A DNA stretch of 20,000 bases from an uncultured virus (IMG/VR IMGVR_UViG_2061766007_001878) (IMGVR_UViG_2061766007_001878); one strand, 5' to 3'; positions 9,563 through 17,096 are shown, counted from the stretch's first letter. The notes: generated by a model from the sequence alone, not told the origin. Program-made: numbers and translations.

Positions 9563-10063
9563 ACTACAACTGGTGGTAAGGCATTGGAATACTACGCTTC
9601 TGTCAGAATCCGCGTTTCCCAGTGCGGGAAGGTGGAAGACACGGTTGACGGCGAGAAGGTCATCACGGCTATTCAGACGCGCCTGACCACGAGCAAGAAC
9701 AAGACGTTTGCGCCGTTCAAGACTTGCGAAATCGTCATTCGCTTCGGTGAAGGCATCGACAACGACGCTGGCATCCTCGACCTCGCATTCCAATACGGAA
9801 TCATCACGAAGGGCGGTGGTGGCAACTACACCATCAACGGCGAGAAAATCAGAGGTCTTCCTGCATTGAAGGAATACCTTGAAAACAATCCAGAGCTGTA
9901 CGAGGAAATCAAGCAGAAGACCCGTGACGCGATGGAGAACGACAAGAAGGAGAACGTCGTGACGGAAGAGGAGGCTATCGATGCCGACTCCATGACGGAC
10001 GACGAAATCGCCGAAGCTGCCGAGGCAAGCGACAACGACGATGCCGAGACTGGCGAAGTCTAA
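9134..10063 (+). CDS. recA: Split-intein C-fragment (~143 aa) fused to RecA C-terminal half (166 aa extein)
   Basis: Intein block B-like LKCSGAHRIW and blocks F/G IVDMEVEGNSNYFTNGILSHN, then TTTGGKALEYYASVRIRV...KNKTFAPFK...FGEGID, which is the exact continuation of RecA after GSPE. It has an acidic tail and its own AAGGAG RBS at 9124-9129 (start 9134 or 9140). Confidence 0.95.
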   Translation: MSMELMTMEKLFEKAGLNWKLMEQNVPYDVSGKNIKIKSFNHQTNQNEMKRILNLVYKGDYPIYNLVDKQGDILLKCSGAHRIWDNATAQYYHVQDIEGGTALTKAGENVEFFVKQTKETHPIVDMEVEGNSNYFTNGILSHNTTTGGKALEYYASVRIRVSQCGKVEDTVDGEKVITAIQTRLTTSKNKTFAPFKTCEIVIRFGEGIDNDAGILDLAFQYGIITKGGGGNYTINGEKIRGLPALKEYLENNPELYEEIKQKTRDAMENDKKENVVTEEEAIDADSMTDDEIAEAAEASDNDDAETGEV

Positions 10064-10079
10064 TCCGAGTTGAAGGCAG

Positions 10080-10115
10080 AAAGGCAGGAGACCAGAGATG
10101 GAATCCTGCCTTTTT
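10080..10115 (+). terminator. Rho-independent terminator after recA-C
   Basis: AAAGGCAGGA pairs with TCCTGCCTTT, followed by a T run. Confidence 0.7.
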
Positions 10116-10128
10116 CGTAGAAGGAGAA

Positions 10129-10512
10129 ATGATGTTTATGTTCGCAATACAGGAATTGATACGGACAAGAATATCCAGAATCGCCAATGAGATGAATCAG
10201 GAATGGCTGAGAAGCAATGTGCGTGAATTGGATGATTCATTTCCGCAATTCGCAGTCATCTCTCTTGAAAAGAAGCATGAACTGGTTATAAAGCACAATG
10301 CCATTGACATGGACGCAAAGACGTTTGGATATAATCCGCTCGCCCCAGAATGGTTTTTCGTGTTCCACATAATTGGCTCGAAACGCATTTTGAAGAGGAA
10401 ATGGTCGAATCACATCATGGACGGAATAGAGTATTTCATGGCGAATCTTTCCCAGCGCGATTCGGAGACTTTGTGGCAATGGTATCTGGAGAATAACGGC
10501 GATGGAAGATGA
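10129..10512 (+). CDS. Hypothetical protein, paralog family A copy 1
   Basis: AAGGAG RBS. The C-terminal motif KWSNHIMDGIEYF...DSETLWQWY is shared with the next three genes. Confidence 0.8.
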   Translation: MMFMFAIQELIRTRISRIANEMNQEWLRSNVRELDDSFPQFAVISLEKKHELVIKHNAIDMDAKTFGYNPLAPEWFFVFHIIGSKRILKRKWSNHIMDGIEYFMANLSQRDSETLWQWYLENNGDGR

Positions 10513-10801
10513 TTTCGAAGAAAAGCTGTTCAGTGATTTTTTCCGTGAGCATCTGCGTCATATAGCCCATATCGAGCTGACGGACGGGGTTCTGAGCATC
10601 ATAAAGGATTTGAATGACGGGATGTACTTGTTTCTCTATAAGAAAAACAAATCTGAAACAATAGACGACATGTGGTACAACAATCTTTTTGAAGGCATAG
10701 ACGATTACGTGAATATGCTCGACGAAAAGGACGGCGAGCTAATATGGGAGTGGTATGGTTCTGGACAAGTGGAGGAAAATGATGAGCCTGTCGGAAAGTA
10801 A
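10502..10801 (+). CDS. Hypothetical protein, paralog family A copy 2
   Basis: Overlaps the previous gene. Motif MWYNNLFEGIDDY...DGELIWEWY. Confidence 0.8.
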   Translation: MEDDFEEKLFSDFFREHLRHIAHIELTDGVLSIIKDLNDGMYLFLYKKNKSETIDDMWYNNLFEGIDDYVNMLDEKDGELIWEWYGSGQVEENDEPVGK

Positions 10802-11171
10802 GAGGAATGAACTTATTGACAAGTTGGCGGACATGTTGAGGGATGACATCATCAAGGAACAGGACAGGTACTTTTCCGATGTGCTGGAAAAGAATTTCTT
10901 CGAGCGGGATTTGTTCTCCATCAAGCTGTCTAGGGAACGCACGCTGTATGTGAAGGTCATCGGCAATGGCGACAACGCGCATTATTCGTTCGACTTGTTC
11001 GGCGACAGGGACGGGTTCCCCATCATGGGCAAGTGGTTCAACGACCTGATGAGCGGAATCGAATACTGCATGAGCGAGCTGGAAGAGGACTGTGAGACCA
11101 TCTGGAATGCGTTTCTGGAATATAATGAGAAACATGGAAGGAATCATGCTGACAGTGCCGATGACAATTGA
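10779..11171 (+). CDS. Hypothetical protein, paralog family A copy 3
   Basis: GGAGG at 10771-10775 supports a start at 10779 or 10782 rather than 10755. Motif KWFNDLMSGIEYC...DCETIWNAF. Confidence 0.8.
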   Translation: MMSLSESKRNELIDKLADMLRDDIIKEQDRYFSDVLEKNFFERDLFSIKLSRERTLYVKVIGNGDNAHYSFDLFGDRDGFPIMGKWFNDLMSGIEYCMSELEEDCETIWNAFLEYNEKHGRNHADSADDN

Positions 11172-11475
11172 TGACTCCGACCTGCTGATGCTCAAGGTGG
11201 AGATTGAATATGCGATGCGTGGAATGGAATTGGTTGAACGAAACATCTTTTCATTGTCCAGCAGGCGGTTCAAGGCGAAAATCGGCGTGGTGGACAATGC
11301 AGGCAAGTTCGTGGAGCATCCAGCATACCATTTTGTCTTTTCGGAGAAGAACGAAGAGACTGGTCGGTGGTTTGAAAGGCTCTTCGAGGGCGTGGAATGG
11401 ATGATGCAGAAGGTGGACGGTAGGAATTGCGACAAAATCTTTGAGTGGTATACAAACTATGACGGAAAACATTGA
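11146..11475 (+). CDS. Hypothetical protein, paralog family A copy 4
   Basis: GGAAGGA precedes ATG 11146, in frame with ORF 11092..11475. Motif RWFERLFEGVEWM...NCDKIFEWY. Confidence 0.8.
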   Translation: MLTVPMTIDDSDLLMLKVEIEYAMRGMELVERNIFSLSSRRFKAKIGVVDNAGKFVEHPAYHFVFSEKNEETGRWFERLFEGVEWMMQKVDGRNCDKIFEWYTNYDGKH

Positions 11476-12292
11476 GAAAGATGAATTTCAGAAAAAGGCG
11501 TTTGAGTTGTGGATGGCGGTGACGATGTTCATATCGACGTACTCCAAGGAGAGCAACGGGATTGTCAGGAACGTCAGCGAGATGCTTCCGTATGCGTCGG
11601 ATTTGCAGAATTTCTGGAGCGCGTACCAGAAGGCATCGTCCAACGACCTCATCCGCAAATTGCATACGAAGGTCAGGTCGAGGGTGAAGCTCATGAAGGA
11701 CAAGCTTGACGAGTCCATCAGGCTTTGCGGCGACGACCAGAAGCTCCTTGACAAGTATTCCGAAAACCAAGGCTATATCGAACGCAAGCTGAACGAATTG
11801 CACGACATGATTCCGAGGGAGCCACGCAGGGTGGCGGAGCCAGAGCAGATGACGCTTGACTTCGATGCCGTCCCGTCGTCGTCTTCGAGTGAGGAGTCGT
11901 CCAGCAGTGATGCAGACAACCTGACGGCGAAATCCGAGAAATTCCTGAAACGCCTGAACGAACTGCGGGTGTCGGTGAACGGATTTCTGTCGTCGTATGC
12001 CGAAGCAGACAAGACCAACAGTGTCGTGAGCTACATCGCCGACATGGACGAATCCATCAAAGTGCTGGACAACCTGTGGAGGCGGTATGTGAGGGAGCAG
12101 TGGAACGAGCCAGTGATTGACGAAATCAACGCCTCGATGAAACGGTGCATCGCGTCGCTGAAAAGCCAGTGCGAGATGTCGATGCTGGTGCGTGATTCAA
12201 ACAAATGCCATGAACAGTATGCCCAGAACCACGATTACGTCGTGAAGAAGCTGGATGCGCTGGTAAGGGCGTTTCCAAATGGAACGCATTGA
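11459..12292 (+). CDS. Hypothetical helical protein made of two homologous domains joined by a Ser-rich linker
   Basis: The halves align by eye (FQKKAFEL/FLKRLNEL, FISTY/FLSSY, LQNFW/LDNLW, YSENQGYIERKL/YAQNHDYVVKKL). The linker is EQMTLDFDAVPSSSSSEESSSS. The start is uncertain (11441 or 11459). Confidence 0.8.
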   Translation: MTENIEKDEFQKKAFELWMAVTMFISTYSKESNGIVRNVSEMLPYASDLQNFWSAYQKASSNDLIRKLHTKVRSRVKLMKDKLDESIRLCGDDQKLLDKYSENQGYIERKLNELHDMIPREPRRVAEPEQMTLDFDAVPSSSSSEESSSSDADNLTAKSEKFLKRLNELRVSVNGFLSSYAEADKTNSVVSYIADMDESIKVLDNLWRRYVREQWNEPVIDEINASMKRCIASLKSQCEMSMLVRDSNKCHEQYAQNHDYVVKKLDALVRAFPNGTH

Positions 12293-13190
12293 GATGGAAC
12301 TTGACAGGATTTTTCTTGAAGACGGAATCGAAGGCGTGAAGAATTTGCCGAATGAATCCGTCCATCTCATCGCGAGCGACATACCTTATGGCATTGGTGT
12401 GGAGGAATGGGACGTGTTGCATGACAATACGAATTCGGCGTACATGGGTTCCAGCCCCGCGCAGAAAAAGGCTGGCAAGGTATTCAGCAAACGTGGCAAG
12501 CCTTTGAACGGGTGGTCGGAAGCAGACAGGCAGATTCCGAGGCAATATTACGATTGGTGCATGAAGTGGTCTAATGGATGGCTGGACTGCCTTGTGCCAG
12601 GTGGCAATGTGTTCATATTCGCTGGACGCAGGCTCGCCCACCGTTGCGTTTCCGCGATGGAGGACGCGGGTTTCGTGTTCAAGGACATGCTGGCGTGGGA
12701 CAAGACGACCGCGCCATATCGGGCGCAGAGAATCAGTATTGTCTATGACCGTAGGCATGACATTGAATCTTCGCAAAAGTGGGACGGTTGGCGAATCGGC
12801 AATCTCCGTCCGTTGTTCGAGCCGATACTCTGGTTCATGAAGCCATACCGAATCGGAGGCACGATTGCCGACAACGTGCTTGAACACGGGGTGGGTGCAT
12901 TCAATGAATCTATCCTGTCGAAATACAGCCAGACTTCCGACAATATTTTCCATGTCAAGTCTGGTTCTGGCGACAATGGGCTTCATCCGACGCAGAAACC
13001 GCTTGACTTGATGAAATTGCTGATTGAATTGACGACGGTTGAAGGTCAAATTATCTTAGACCCGTTTGCTGGAAGCGGGACTACGCTTGTCGCTGCGAAG
13101 GAACTTGGACGACATTACATCGGATTCGAGAATGACGAGCGGTATTTTTCAGTCGCCGATTCCCGTTTGAGTGAAATTAGATTGTTTTGA
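12279..13190 (+). CDS. Orphan beta-class N6-adenine DNA methyltransferase, M.HindIII-like (predicted AAGCTT)
   Basis: Motif IV SDIPY is N-terminal, and HPTQKP plus motif I LDPFAGSGTT are C-terminal (beta order). WDVLHDNTNSA, RGKPLNGWSEAD, AQRIS and NLRPLFEPILWF match M.HindIII as I recall its sequence. No adjacent restriction gene is recognisable. Confidence 0.9.
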   Translation: MERIEMELDRIFLEDGIEGVKNLPNESVHLIASDIPYGIGVEEWDVLHDNTNSAYMGSSPAQKKAGKVFSKRGKPLNGWSEADRQIPRQYYDWCMKWSNGWLDCLVPGGNVFIFAGRRLAHRCVSAMEDAGFVFKDMLAWDKTTAPYRAQRISIVYDRRHDIESSQKWDGWRIGNLRPLFEPILWFMKPYRIGGTIADNVLEHGVGAFNESILSKYSQTSDNIFHVKSGSGDNGLHPTQKPLDLMKLLIELTTVEGQIILDPFAGSGTTLVAAKELGRHYIGFENDERYFSVADSRLSEIRLF

Positions 13191-13242
13191 TTTTTATAGA
13201 TATAAGTAAATAACATATACAAGAAATCAATTTCTCTTTATG

Positions 13243-13275
13243 TCCGACGGTATAATAAGCTGTCGGATTTTTTTG
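13243..13275 (+). terminator. Terminator-like hairpin after the MTase, with TATAATAAG in the loop
   Basis: TCCGACGG pairs with CTGTCGGA (one G-U), followed by a T run. Confidence 0.6.
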
Positions 13276-13308
13276 TGTATTTAATCTAAAAACAAGGAGA
13301 AATTGAAA

Positions 13309-13746
13309 ATGAACAAAAACGTGAAAATCGCGAAGGAATTGGTGAAATTGGCGAAAAGTTTGGTGGCTGATGATGTCCGTGTTGCTGACAAAATTGGAGA
13401 AGAATATAAAGATTTTACTGGATGGATTAAATATAATGGTGAAAAAGTGTATGTATGTCGTGCTACATTTAAACTTGAATGGTATAAAGAATGGACACGT
13501 ATAATTTGGGAAGATGGTGAATGGTGTGATGGAGTTTGGTGTGATGGCATATGGAAAAATGGCACATGGGATGATGGAAGATGGATTGATGGCATATGGA
13601 AAAATGGTACATGGAGAAATGGCACATGGGAAGACGGAACATGGGAAGACGGCATATGGCATAGTGGTACGTGGATAGGTGGAACCTGGAAACATGGTAA
13701 AAATCAATATGGTGAAGAATATTCTAATTCTCCAAAAAATTGGTGA
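13309..13746 (+). CDS. W-x-x-G-x pentapeptide-repeat protein (probable beta-solenoid), copy 1
   Basis: AAGGAG RBS then ATG 13309. About 13 tandem repeats (WEDGE WCDGV WCDGI WKNGT ... WKHGK). Leader MNKNVKIAKELVKLAKSLVA. AT-rich codons. Confidence 0.85.
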   Translation: MNKNVKIAKELVKLAKSLVADDVRVADKIGEEYKDFTGWIKYNGEKVYVCRATFKLEWYKEWTRIIWEDGEWCDGVWCDGIWKNGTWDDGRWIDGIWKNGTWRNGTWEDGTWEDGIWHSGTWIGGTWKHGKNQYGEEYSNSPKNW

Positions 13747-13782
13747 AAATCTAATATATACAATAAGATATTGAAAAACATA

Positions 13783-13812
13783 CAAAAGCCACGGTTTTCA
13801 CCGTGGCTTTTG
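13783..13812. terminator. Bidirectional rho-independent terminator
   Basis: Perfect 13-bp inverted repeat CAAAAGCCACGGT-TTTC-ACCGTGGCTTTTG between convergent genes. Confidence 0.85.
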
Positions 13813-13824
13813 ATTTATATGGTC

Positions 13825-14502
13825 TTATTTGTCTATTATTTTCCATTTGTTAGGCGAAGCGTCCTTCGGATGCCATCCCTTCTTCTTGTCGTATCCGCCG
13901 TTCCACTGACCGCCGTTCCAAGTGCCTTCGTTCCACTGACCGCTGTTCCATACGACGTTGTTGAATTCGCCGTACCAGTTCAATCCGTCGTTCCAGATGC
14001 CGTTGTGCCAAGTCCCCTGCCAGAATGTCCCGTTGTCCCAGACCCCGTTCTGCCAGATGCCTTTCTCCCACCATCCGTTCAGGTGTATCCCGTTTTCCCA
14101 TACTCCGTTCTTCCATGTCCCGTCCTGCCAGACGGATGGGATTTTATCGTCAGCTTGTTTCCAGATGCCGTAATGCCATGTGCCGTACTTCCATGTACCG
14201 CTCATCCACAGTCCGTTCTCCCATTCTCCGACCTGCCATTCTCCAGCTTTCCACAAGCCGTCCTTCCAAAGACCGTAAGCCCAGACTCCGTTTTCCCAAG
14301 TGCCGTCCCTCCAGACGATTCGACCGTTTTTCAGCTCGAATATCGCGTTCGTCACGATTCCCTTCGTGCCGTTGTAATCGATGGTTCCAGCCCATCCGTG
14401 GTCTTTCTTCCCGTATTTTCCGTCCTTGTTGGCGACTTCTCCAGCCAGAAGCATCTTAGCGGTCGCCAGCATTTCCTTCGCTATCCTGATGTTTTCGCTC
14501 AT
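13825..14502 (-). CDS. W-x-x-G-x pentapeptide-repeat protein, copy 2
   Basis: GGAG RBS then ATG 14502. More than 20 WxxG repeats. Leader MSENIRIAKEMLATAKMLLA. The C-terminal SPNKW parallels SPKNW of copy 1. Confidence 0.85.
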   Translation of the reverse strand: MSENIRIAKEMLATAKMLLAGEVANKDGKYGKKDHGWAGTIDYNGTKGIVTNAIFELKNGRIVWRDGTWENGVWAYGLWKDGLWKAGEWQVGEWENGLWMSGTWKYGTWHYGIWKQADDKIPSVWQDGTWKNGVWENGIHLNGWWEKGIWQNGVWDNGTFWQGTWHNGIWNDGLNWYGEFNNVVWNSGQWNEGTWNGGQWNGGYDKKKGWHPKDASPNKWKIIDK

Positions 14503-14536
14503 TGTTAATCTCCAATATAAAGGCAAGCTAATTCCT

Positions 14537-14559
14537 GCTTATTATACGGAAGATATAAA
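14537..14559 (-). promoter_or_regulatory. Putative phage promoter TTTATATCTTCCGTATAATAAGC
   Basis: Matches TTTATGTCCGACGGTATAATAAGC (13237-13260, +), which lies upstream of the paralogous gene. Confidence 0.55.
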
Positions 14560-14560
14560 C

Positions 14561-14592
14561 AAAAAATCCGCATGTGATAAAACACATGCGGA
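14561..14592 (-). terminator. Rho-independent terminator (minus strand)
   Basis: 10-bp stem TCCGCATGTG/CACATGCGGA followed by T6 on the minus strand. Confidence 0.8.
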
Positions 14593-14612
14593 CTTCGGAG
14601 GAACATCAGGTA

Positions 14613-14837
14613 TCAGTGCCGTTGATTCCACTGTCGTTCAAAGCGGATGTCGGCTATCTTCTTCATAAGCGCGTTCAAAGTAATCGTAATCGGTATGGCG
14701 ATGAGAATGGAGCCAATCAGCAACGGAAGTGGTTGCATGATTACCACGGCGTAGATTACCAATGCGCTCCCGCCAATCATGCACAATGACAGCAGGATGA
14801 ATTTCCAAAGCGGTATCGTGTATTTTTCGTCGCCCAT
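14613..14837 (-). CDS. Small membrane protein (two predicted TM helices)
   Basis: 74 aa, with hydrophobic segments FILLSLCMIGGSALVIYAVVIM and LLIGSILIAIPITITL and a basic C-terminal tail. It abuts the upstream gene. Confidence 0.7.
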   Translation of the reverse strand: MGDEKYTIPLWKFILLSLCMIGGSALVIYAVVIMQPLPLLIGSILIAIPITITLNALMKKIADIRFERQWNQRH

Positions 14838-14838
14838 T

Positions 14839-15222
14839 TCACCACCTTACCTGAATGATGTGACCTATTTTACCAGTGGTGTACATTTCGTACTCGCCTT
14901 CAAACATGGAGCCACCGCACTCGAATTTCTGCGCGGAGTATCCGTTGTCATACAATATCTTTGCAAGACCGTTGATGATGGAGTCTGATACACGCTTGGT
15001 TGTCTGACGTTCAAACAGGCCTTTTTTCTGGCTTTCAATTCCTCCAACTAGGATTTCATTGCCTCCGACTGGGGAATAGATGAATGCTTCGACGAATTTC
15101 CGACCTTTCTTCGATGCTTCGACAATCAAAGATTCGATTTTCGGGATGAGTTGCTCGACGGTCTTCTTGTCGTCGGCAAGACCGCCTTCAGTGATGATAC
15201 GGGCTTCTTCTGCTTTAATCAT
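14839..15222 (-). CDS. Hypothetical protein
   Basis: AAAGGAG RBS supports a start at 15222 (MIKAEEAR...). No recognisable motif. Confidence 0.75.
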   Translation of the reverse strand: MIKAEEARIITEGGLADDKKTVEQLIPKIESLIVEASKKGRKFVEAFIYSPVGGNEILVGGIESQKKGLFERQTTKRVSDSIINGLAKILYDNGYSAQKFECGGSMFEGEYEMYTTGKIGHIIQVRW

Positions 15223-15284
15223 GTCTTTGTTCTCCTTTGACAATTGTTCAAAACTATGGACGATTTTCTTCCGTCTTGCCTTTT

Positions 15285-15312
15285 AATATACTACATATTT
15301 TGAAAAAGTCAA
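15285..15312 (-). promoter_or_regulatory. Sigma70-like promoter TTGACT-N16-TATATT
   Basis: Minus strand reads TTGACTTTTTCAAAATATGTAGTATATT, upstream of the 15222 start. Confidence 0.55.
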
Positions 15313-15324
15313 ATGAAAGGCAAT

Positions 15325-15360
15325 AAAAAAGCGTCCTGATTGATTTCAGGACGCTCTTTT
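15325..15360 (-). terminator. Rho-independent terminator
   Basis: AGCGTCCTGA/TCAGGACGCT stem with an A run on the left (T run on the minus strand). Confidence 0.8.
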
Positions 15361-15379
15361 GATTTAATTCAATTCAGGA

Positions 15380-16216
15380 TTATTGCCAGTCAACACAACT
15401 TGGGCAGTCTATCAGCATTTCTTTGTAGTCGTTGAGCGGGTCGCGGAACGAGTACATCAGTTTCGTGATGACACCATTTTCAACCGTCACATACTTCACG
15501 CAGAGCAGGGATTTCTCTTCGCCTTTGGCTTTGTGCTGGATGAGCCTTGTCACAAAGTGTTCGAGCGTCGTCGTGTAGTATTCGCCCGTGTCTTCGAATT
15601 TGTTGGAGTATCCGTCGTAGGTCAACAGCTTCATGGCGATGGAGAGTTGGTACGCGAAGTCCTGATTGCCAGCGAGGTCTTCGTACTTGCAGTTGCCGTC
15701 GCACTGGAACACGGCTTCCGCGCCTTCTTCCTTTTCCTTCTTCTCGATAAGCTCCTTCGCCTTGGCGACCGCCTTTTTGACGGCTTCGGCGATTTGCTCC
15801 ATAGCGGACTTGGACTTTTCTTCGCTGATGAGCGGGGCGGTCGTCACGACATCCTTTTCTTTGGATTCGTAGTATTTGACCAAGGAATCATAGTATGCCT
15901 TGGCGACTTCTGGATTTTCCTTTGCGAATTCGACCGCATAGCCAGTGACTTGCGGTGGAAGGGAGTATTCGACACTGCGAATACCTTTGTAAGTGTTGCT
16001 GGACGGGTCGTAGGTGAAGCCGTTGGTGGAGTCCAGTTCGGCTTTGAAATGAACGCCGTCCTTCGTCACGAACGTGCCGAAAAGACCTTCGCCGTAGGCG
16101 NNNNNNNNNNNNNNNNNNNNNNNNNNNNNNNNNNNNNNNNNNNNNNNNNNNNNNNNNNNNNNNNNNNGAACAAGAACGCTTACGATTGCCATTGCGATGA
16201 TGATTGTTTTCTTCAT
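15380..16216 (-). CDS. Exported or membrane-anchored hypothetical protein (N gap 16101-16167)
   Basis: AAGGAG RBS, then the signal-peptide-like start MKKTIIIAMAIVSVLV. Contains a central coiled-coil linker and Cys pairs (CDGNC, CPSC). Confidence 0.75.
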   Translation of the reverse strand: MKKTIIIAMAIVSVLVXXXXXXXXXXXXXXXXXXXXXXXAYGEGLFGTFVTKDGVHFKAELDSTNGFTYDPSSNTYKGIRSVEYSLPPQVTGYAVEFAKENPEVAKAYYDSLVKYYESKEKDVVTTAPLISEEKSKSAMEQIAEAVKKAVAKAKELIEKKEKEEGAEAVFQCDGNCKYEDLAGNQDFAYQLSIAMKLLTYDGYSNKFEDTGEYYTTTLEHFVTRLIQHKAKGEEKSLLCVKYVTVENGVITKLMYSFRDPLNDYKEMLIDCPSCVDWQ

Positions 16217-16339
16217 TGTTGTTGTTCTCCTTTTGCTTTTTCGAGAATGAAATCGCATTCTACTTTTAATTGATTGCTTGCTTAAAAAATCATGTCTGTC
16301 ATTATTATACCATTTATAATTAAAAAATCTTCTTTTGAT

Positions 16340-16367
16340 TTGCATTTTCTTAAAAATGGGGTATATT
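16340..16367 (+). promoter_or_regulatory. Sigma70-like promoter TTGCAT-N16-TATATT, probably driving the right-hand operon
   Basis: TTGCATTTTCTTAAAAATGGGGTATATT in the divergent intergenic region, with the same spacing as the 15285-15312 element. Confidence 0.5.
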
Positions 16368-16416
16368 AATATGGTATCGTAGTTTCAAAGGCAAATCTTT
16401 ACAAAGGAGAAAAAAG

Positions 16417-16765
16417 ATGAAGAACATGTTCGAATACCCTTGGATTATCGGAGACCCGTGGGGCGACGGTCATGGGAAGATTGACTTCCAGAACCTCATT
16501 ATCACGACTGAAATGGAGATGTGCGACTGCATCGACTATCTCAAGCACAAGTTCGAGAAAGACTGTGAAAGGCAGTTCGGTCTTCATGTGGACAAGTGGT
16601 TTGTCGATTATCAGGAAACCGCTTTCCCGAAGGAAGACTATGACAAGCTCGTGGAGATGAAGGTCATTGACGACACCGTGTATGACTGTGACGAGACGTT
16701 TGTCACGAGCGAAGCGTTCGCGGAGATATGGAGACGGCTCGTCCAGTTGACCAACCCCGCCATCA
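16417..16765 (+). CDS. Phage hypothetical protein (3' end lost in N gap)
   Basis: AAAGGAG RBS. Contains a GDPWGDGHGK motif and is open until the gap at 16766. Confidence 0.75.
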
Positions 16766-17096
16766 NNNNNNNNNNNNNNNNNNNNNNNNNNNNNNNNNNN
16801 NNNNNNNNNNNNNNNNNNNNNNNNNNNNNNNNNNNNNNNNNNNNNNNNNNNNNNNNNNNNNNNNNNNNNNNNNNNNNNNNNNNNNNNNNNNNNNNNNNNN
16901 NNNNNNNNNNNNNNNNNNNNNNNNNNNNNNNNNNNNNNNNNNNNNNNNNNNNNNNNNNNNNNNNNNNNNNNNNNNNNNNNNNNNNNNNNNNNNNNNNNNN
17001 NNNNNNNNNNNNNNNNNNNNNNNNNNNNNNNNNNNNNNNNNNNNNNNNNNNNNNNNNNNNNNNNNNNNNNNNNNNNNNNNNNNNNNNNNNNNNNNN

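Noticed and set aside
13500..14320. CRISPR array or DGR template/variable repeat pair
   Set aside because: The 15-nt periodicity is coding pentapeptide repeats. There are no constant repeats with unique spacers, no reverse transcriptase and no adenine-specific mismatch pattern.
13771..14508. 245-aa plus-strand Pro/Val-rich ORF (and 13177..13785 on the minus strand)
   Set aside because: These are antisense shadows of the WxxG repeat genes (TGG read as CCA). The RBSs and terminator support the opposite strands.
15383..16273. Long plus-strand ORF, and other long antisense ORFs (4434..5246, 10599..11435, 12126..13049)
   Set aside because: They lie opposite well-supported genes and have no RBS or recognisable motifs.
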